38,119 bases of DNA from a virus. Lineage: Duplodnaviria > Caudoviricetes. Position numbers and translations under genes: made by a program. Shown here one piece after another: positions 33,180 through 38,119 of the stretch (its first letter is position 1; each line of letters starts with the position of its first letter). The DNA lies in the IMG/VR virus record IMGVR_UViG_3300024310_000006, positions 1 through 38,119 of that record; one strand, given 5' to 3'. The notes under the pieces were generated by a model that was not told where the DNA came from, searched no databases, and saw only the letters and a program-made list of their open reading frames with translations.

Positions 33180-34205
33180 GTGTCCGAAGCAGCCGCGCCC
33201 GCAGTTCCCGCAGCCGCTCCCCCCATCGCCGCGCCTGCCCCACCGGCCGAGGCGCCAGCGGCAGAGAAGCCGCTAGCCGCGTCCGTTGCGGACATCCTGG
33301 CCAACAGCCGCAAGGGCAAGCAGGCCAAGGCCGAGGCGACACGCGACCCAAAAGCACCTGCGCCCTCTGCCTCGAAGGACACGAAGCAGGCGGCGGAGCC
33401 TCCCAAGAAGCCCCCCGTTACTGCCGCGCCTGTTGTCGTGGCGAAACCCGACGCTGGCGCCCCTGAGGGCGACGCCGAGACCGCCAAGCGGCTCGCCCGT
33501 ATCGCCAAGGCCGAAGACGCCGCCAGGGGCGTGCTGAAGCAGGCCGAGGCCGCCAAGCCCGCGCTCGAGGCCCACCAGAAGTGGGAGGCGGCGTTCACGG
33601 CAGACCCCGCGGCGGCAATCATCTCGAAGCTGAAGCCCGACCAGATTGACGCGGTCTGGTGGAAGCTGAACGAGCATGTGCTGGCCAGCGCCGGCCCGCC
33701 CAAGCCCAAGGACCCCGCCGAACTGGCCAAGGAAGCCGCGCGGTCGGAGCTCGAGCGCATCGAGCGCGAGCGCGCTGAGGCGACCACGGCCGGCGAGGCG
33801 AAACGCATGGAGGAGGCCGCCACGGCTTACTTCAGCGCCACGGCGCAGGTGTTCGACGCGAGCCCGGCGAAATGGCCCGTCGTTGCGGCGCGTGGCGCGC
33901 GCGGGCGTGGCCTGACCCCGGGGGACATCCAGGCATATACGACGGACCAGCATCGCAAGACGGGCAAGGTACCGAGCCCGGCCGAGGTACTGGACCATTT
34001 CGAGACCGAGTATCGAGCAGAAATCGAAGCAGCGGGATACACCCGAAAAGTCGAAGCGCAACCGGGTGGCGACAAACCGACCACCACAACCAACGAGTGG
34101 CAGGCCGGCGGGACAAATCCGCCTTCGACCGCCGACGAATCCAAGATGACTCGGCAGCAACTTCGCGACGCAATCAAACGGAAGCACTTCGAAAAGCGGG
34201 CTTGA
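33180..34205 (+). CDS. Scaffolding protein
   Basis: Ala/Pro-rich disordered N-terminus, coiled coil, short C-terminal helix; immediately upstream of the capsid gene. Confidence 0.75.
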   Translation: MSEAAAPAVPAAAPPIAAPAPPAEAPAAEKPLAASVADILANSRKGKQAKAEATRDPKAPAPSASKDTKQAAEPPKKPPVTAAPVVVAKPDAGAPEGDAETAKRLARIAKAEDAARGVLKQAEAAKPALEAHQKWEAAFTADPAAAIISKLKPDQIDAVWWKLNEHVLASAGPPKPKDPAELAKEAARSELERIERERAEATTAGEAKRMEEAATAYFSATAQVFDASPAKWPVVAARGARGRGLTPGDIQAYTTDQHRKTGKVPSPAEVLDHFETEYRAEIEAAGYTRKVEAQPGGDKPTTTTNEWQAGGTNPPSTADESKMTRQQLRDAIKRKHFEKRA

Positions 34206-34242
34206 CCCACCGACTAGCCGCTCCTGAACCGGAGCGACTTCG

Positions 34243-35505
34243 ATGGGTGCAGATCAGACAGCAGTATCAGCGGCGTTAAAGGAAAATTATGCCAAGAACA
34301 TGGCCAAGGTGCTCTGGGACGACCCGGCCCTTGACCCGCTTCTCGCCATTCTGGAGAAGCGCAGCGGGACGTACGACGCCGGAGGCCGCAGCTTCATTCA
34401 GCCGATCCAATACGGCGATGGTAGCTCGGTCTCCGCGGACTTCGTCACCGCGCAGAACAAGGCCAACGGCTCAACCACAGGCTCCAGCAACCTGTACAGC
34501 CGTTGGTCCGTCTCTGCCGTCACGGTGAACGCCGTCGCCAACTGGCGGCGCGAGGTGATCGACCAGATCCAAGACGGCAGCGCCTTCTTCGACCTGGCCG
34601 AGGCCGAGATGGATTCGAAGATGCGGGCCATTCGGCGCGACATCACGCGTTTCCTCCCGGGCAACGGATTCGGGGCCATCGGCGTCATCACGGCCATCAC
34701 CACGACCACCTTCACCATGGCGACCGACCGAACCAACCGGTTCGACGTCGGTGATGACCTCGTGGCATCAGCCACGGACGGAGGCGGCGTCCTGCGCTCT
34801 GCCACCGCGGTCACCGTGACCCAAACGGACCCCGATACCGGCATCGTGACGGTCTCCGCAGACCCCACGGCGCTCGGCTGGGCCGTCGGTGACAGCGTGT
34901 TCCGCGCTGGCGACCGGCAGAACGTCGCCTCCCCGGTGCAACAGAAGCTGTTCGGGCTCGATGCGTGGCTTCCGGGCTCCGCGCCGGGTTCGACCCTCTT
35001 CAACGGCGTCAACCGCCAGGGCGTGTGGCAGCTCGGCGGACTTCGCAGCAACGCGGCCGGCAAGCAGATCAAGAAGGGTCTGCTCGACGGCGCGAACAAG
35101 TTGTTCAACTTCGGTGGGACCAAAACGTCCCACTGCTTCATGGCCACCGACGATTACACGACTCTGTGTGACGGCGTGGACAACTTCAAGCACATCGCCG
35201 TCAACGCCAAGCAGTTCGATATCAGCTACGACGCAATCGAGCTGATCGGCGCGCAGGGCGGGTCCTTCCCTGTGCTTCCGCACCCGTTCATCCCGCGCGG
35301 TCAGGCGTGGATGGGCGACTTCAAGAACCCCGACAACATGTATTTCATCTACTCGAACGACTTCGTGTCCATCGACGACCACGACGGGAACATCTTCCTT
35401 CGTTCGGCGACGGCGCCTAGCTACGAGTGCCGCATGTATTTCTTCGGCAACCTGGTGGTCGCGGCCCCCGGCCGCTTCTGCCGTCTGACCGGGCTCGGAA
35501 CGTAG
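34243..35505 (+). CDS. Major capsid protein (HK97 fold)
   Basis: 420 aa; ALKENY...PLLAIL...GRSFIQPIQYG, LFGLDAWLP, FNGVNR, YECRMYFFGNL...PG; position after scaffold. Confidence 0.9.
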   Translation: MGADQTAVSAALKENYAKNMAKVLWDDPALDPLLAILEKRSGTYDAGGRSFIQPIQYGDGSSVSADFVTAQNKANGSTTGSSNLYSRWSVSAVTVNAVANWRREVIDQIQDGSAFFDLAEAEMDSKMRAIRRDITRFLPGNGFGAIGVITAITTTTFTMATDRTNRFDVGDDLVASATDGGGVLRSATAVTVTQTDPDTGIVTVSADPTALGWAVGDSVFRAGDRQNVASPVQQKLFGLDAWLPGSAPGSTLFNGVNRQGVWQLGGLRSNAAGKQIKKGLLDGANKLFNFGGTKTSHCFMATDDYTTLCDGVDNFKHIAVNAKQFDISYDAIELIGAQGGSFPVLPHPFIPRGQAWMGDFKNPDNMYFIYSNDFVSIDDHDGNIFLRSATAPSYECRMYFFGNLVVAAPGRFCRLTGLGT

Positions 35506-35510
35506 TAACC

Positions 35511-35553
35511 CGCGCGGCTGGGGCTCGTGGTGAGCGGGCCCCGGCCGACGCGC
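35511..35553 (+). other. GC-rich hairpin directly after the capsid stop (mRNA stabiliser / attenuator candidate)
   Basis: CGGCTGGGGCTCG pairs with CGGGCCCCGGCCG; no strong U-tract. Confidence 0.45.
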
Positions 35554-35568
35554 TTCAAAGGAGACAGC

Positions 35569-35805
35569 ATGAGCGCGGTAATCATGATCGGCGGCAAGCC
35601 CCCCAAGGGCGACAAGGGCAGCTACGACGGCGGCGGCGATACCACGTCGGCCGACGACGGCGAAGACTCGTCGAAGGAGGCCGCCGAGACCGAAGCTGCC
35701 GGCGCGTTCATGCGTGCGGTTGCGCAGAAGGACCGCAAGGCCCTGGTGGACGCGTTCGAGGCGCTCATGGAGGCGTGCTATCCGGAGATGGCCAAGGGAG
35801 ACTAG
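35569..35805 (+). CDS. Small acidic protein after the capsid gene
   Basis: AAGGAG SD; MSAVIMIGGK...ALVDAFEALMEAC. Confidence 0.7.
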   Translation: MSAVIMIGGKPPKGDKGSYDGGGDTTSADDGEDSSKEAAETEAAGAFMRAVAQKDRKALVDAFEALMEACYPEMAKGD

Positions 35806-36450
35806 GTGCTGGTCTCCGACGTCATCGCGCAGGTTCGCCCGCTGACGAACCACGACGTAGACACGCAGTTTACTGACGCGCAACTCGTCACCCTGCTGTC
35901 GCCGCGCTATCTGGCGCTGTTGCGGAAGCTCATCCGCATCATGCCGACGTTCTATACCAAGGTGGCGTCGTGGACGCTGGCGTCGGGCAACACGCAGGAC
36001 GTGACGGCGTCGCCGCTGTCGCTGACCGACTTCGATCGCGTGAGGCGCATTCGCTACCAGGCGTCATCGGGCAGTGGTGGTCTAATCCCGCTCGCGGTGG
36101 CCAATCCCGTGGATCCCGAGGCATTGCCGTACGGCAAGTTCTTCGTGTTCCTGGAGCGCGGGACCAACATCGACTTCTATCCCTCGACGCTGGCCGCTGG
36201 GAACACGTTCGAACTGTCCTACCTCGTCAAGGGCGTGAAACTGGCGACCACCGGCGACACGTTGAACCTTCCCGACGGCGCCGATTACGTGCTCGCGCAA
36301 TACCTCGCGGCTGACATCCGTGTGCGATTCGAAGAGGACCCGGCGTTTCACTTCCGCATGGCCGGCGAGGCGTTCGCCGACCTCAAGCATGACTTGCAGG
36401 ACCGCTACGGCATTCACAGCGAAGGGCTCGCGCAGGACAACGTGTGGTGA
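35806..36450 (+). CDS. Head-tail adaptor / tail tubular protein A-like
   Basis: MLVSDVIAQVR...FTDAQL, IDFYPS...FELSY pattern; size and position. Confidence 0.75.
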   Translation: MLVSDVIAQVRPLTNHDVDTQFTDAQLVTLLSPRYLALLRKLIRIMPTFYTKVASWTLASGNTQDVTASPLSLTDFDRVRRIRYQASSGSGGLIPLAVANPVDPEALPYGKFFVFLERGTNIDFYPSTLAAGNTFELSYLVKGVKLATTGDTLNLPDGADYVLAQYLAADIRVRFEEDPAFHFRMAGEAFADLKHDLQDRYGIHSEGLAQDNVW

Positions 36451-36453
36451 CCC

Positions 36454-37500
36454 GTGGGCGCGGCTAAGCACTACACGACGGTCAATACCAACGACCCGAC
36501 CATGTTCCGCGTACAGCAGGAGGTCGGGCGCGCGGTGGCGTCTCTGGACAAGCTGGCGTCCATGCCGGCGGGTGACGTTCGCGTCATCGTCGGCGGCGAG
36601 CAGATCCTAGCCACTGACCCCGTCGTTGCATTCTATGGCGTGGTCGCCGCAGCGGCGCTCCTCCCCGCGGCGGCCGGCAACGGTGCGCGCATTGGCCAGG
36701 TGCTCACGGTTGTCAACTTCGGGACGGCAACGCTGAGCCTGAAAGCGGCGGCGGCTGAGACGGTGGCCTCCGCGGCATCTCTGGCAGTGGTCGCCAGGCA
36801 AGCCGTCATCCTTCAGAGCGATGGCCTCAACGCGTGGTCCGTGGTCGGCAGCACGCCCGTCTCGATCGTGGGCGCCGGTACCGTAACGGTCAGCAGCAGC
36901 GGCCTTACGACCACAGTCACCGGGGCACCCGACGGGCGCGATTGGAGCTCCTACAAGCACGCCACGGGCGGTAGCGGCTTGACCGCCCACTACATCGCCG
37001 GCTGCAACAACAGTGCGGCCCTGACGACGGGAGCGCCGGCCCTGAACACCCTGTTTGCGCTGCCCTTCATCGCGCCTCAGCGCGGGGGCACGGCGGATCT
37101 TATCGACTTCGAGGTGACGACGCTCGCGGCAGGTAACGCGCGCGTGGGCTTGTACAACAACGTCGCAGACAACAACCTGTATCCCAACTTGCTGCTGGCG
37201 GACGGCGGAAGCGTCTCCGTCAACACCACCGGCGTCAAGAGCACGGTGATCAATGTGGCCCTCAACGGCGGGCAACTTTACTGGCTGGCATGGGTGGGTG
37301 GCACCGCGGCGGCGACCCTGCGCTGCCTGAACCTGGCGAACATGCCGCACATTCTCGGCGTGTCCGCGGCGGGCAGCGCGGCGCCCAATGTGGGCATACA
37401 GGTGGCGTTCACGTTCGGCGCCCTGCCCTCGACGTTCACCGCCAGCGGCTCTTACCTGACCACGGTTCCCGTGCCGGTGTTGCGCCTGAGGATTTCCTGA
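36454..37500 (+). CDS. Tail fibre / spike-like structural protein
   Basis: Modular, beta-rich; NARVGLY...YWLAW domain; lies between adaptor and nozzle genes. Confidence 0.6.
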   Translation: MGAAKHYTTVNTNDPTMFRVQQEVGRAVASLDKLASMPAGDVRVIVGGEQILATDPVVAFYGVVAAAALLPAAAGNGARIGQVLTVVNFGTATLSLKAAAAETVASAASLAVVARQAVILQSDGLNAWSVVGSTPVSIVGAGTVTVSSSGLTTTVTGAPDGRDWSSYKHATGGSGLTAHYIAGCNNSAALTTGAPALNTLFALPFIAPQRGGTADLIDFEVTTLAAGNARVGLYNNVADNNLYPNLLLADGGSVSVNTTGVKSTVINVALNGGQLYWLAWVGGTAAATLRCLNLANMPHILGVSAAGSAAPNVGIQVAFTFGALPSTFTASGSYLTTVPVPVLRLRIS

Positions 37501-38119
37501 TGGCGCTCCAGAAGCAACTGGAGGTTGTTCCCCTCAAGGGCATGGACACGCACGCGGACCCCAAGACCGCGCCCCCGGGGACGTGCCAACTCATCGAAAA
37601 CATGTTCTTCAAGCGCACGGGGCGGGCGGGCGACGAAGCCGAGCTGCGCAAGCGATTCGGCGCCACGGTCAAAACAAAGAGCATCGTGGGCGGGGGCTCC
37701 GTCGCGGCGGGCAAGAAGCTGGGGGCCTACAACAGCGAACTCCTGATGACCGACGCCACGACGCTGTATACCTTCGACGACAAGGAAACAGCCTGGCAGA
37801 ATCGCGGCGCCGTCTCGAGCATCGGCGTCAGCGTCGAAAATATCATCACGTCATCGTTCGCCGTCACCACATCGGTGACAGGCTACTTGCAGGACATTGC
37901 CGTGGGCGGTGGCCTCATTGCCGCCGTGACCAACGATGGCCACGTCACCATCATCAACCCCGCCACCGGGGAGCGCATTCTCTCGCACAAGGACACGGGT
38001 GCGGCGGGCAGCGCTGTCATGTGCCGAATCGTCGCGCTGACGTCGACGTTCATGATTATCTACGGCGCGGCGAGCGGAAACCTCATCGCCCGAAAGATCG
38101 ACTATGCGACGCCGACCAC
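37500..38119 (+). CDS. N-terminal part of tail tubular protein B / nozzle (continues at the window start)
   Basis: Hand translation MALQKQLEVVPLKGMDTHADPK...LRKRFG is open to the window end and in frame with ATG 27. Confidence 0.85.
   Translation, partial: MALQKQLEVVPLKGMDTHADPKTAPPGTCQLIENMFFKRTGRAGDEAELRKRFGATVKTKSIVGGGSVAAGKKLGAYNSELLMTDATTLYTFDDKETAWQNRGAVSSIGVSVENIITSSFAVTTSVTGYLQDIAVGGGLIAAVTNDGHVTIINPATGERILSHKDTGAAGSAVMCRIVALTSTFMIIYGAASGNLIARKIDYATPT
37993..38119. repeat. Terminal direct repeat, right copy (identical to 1-127)
   Basis: Exact match to the first 127 bases. Confidence 0.95.

Overview
The window is an apparently complete, circularly assembled genome of a GC-rich tailed dsDNA phage. 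Bases 37993-38119 repeat bases 1-127 exactly, so the unit genome is 37,992 bp. Almost all genes lie on the + strand and are tightly coupled by overlapping ATGA/GTGA stop-start junctions. The morphogenesis module is podovirus-like: putative TerS, GNAT, TerL, portal, scaffold, major capsid, adaptor, a tail tubular/nozzle protein that spans the contig ends, and three large internal/ejection-type proteins. No tape measure or tail tube gene was recognised. A lysis region follows (membrane proteins, a zincin-like protein, a DUF6527-like protein, an M15A peptidase, a Cys-rich lipoprotein). Next come a VRR-NUC-type nuclease, an HTH regulator flanked by two sigma70-like promoters with a shared operator, and an early operon with a single-strand annealing recombinase. 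These are followed by an atypical tyrosine recombinase, a structured non-coding region ending in a tRNA(CCA)-like element, an HNH-fused replication initiator with internal iteron-like repeats, a MazG-like NTP pyrophosphatase and many small ORFs. Most notable: (i) a dispersed four-member family of microproteins with DNA-identical anchor blocks around unrelated variable inserts; (ii) the catalytically deviant recombinase / attP-like repeats / pseudo-tRNA locus; (iii) a GGGACATCG motif marking late-region intergenic gaps; (iv) paralogous beta-rich putative receptor-binding genes; (v) a possible dual-coded holin locus. All assignments are from motif recognition by eye; no database search was run.
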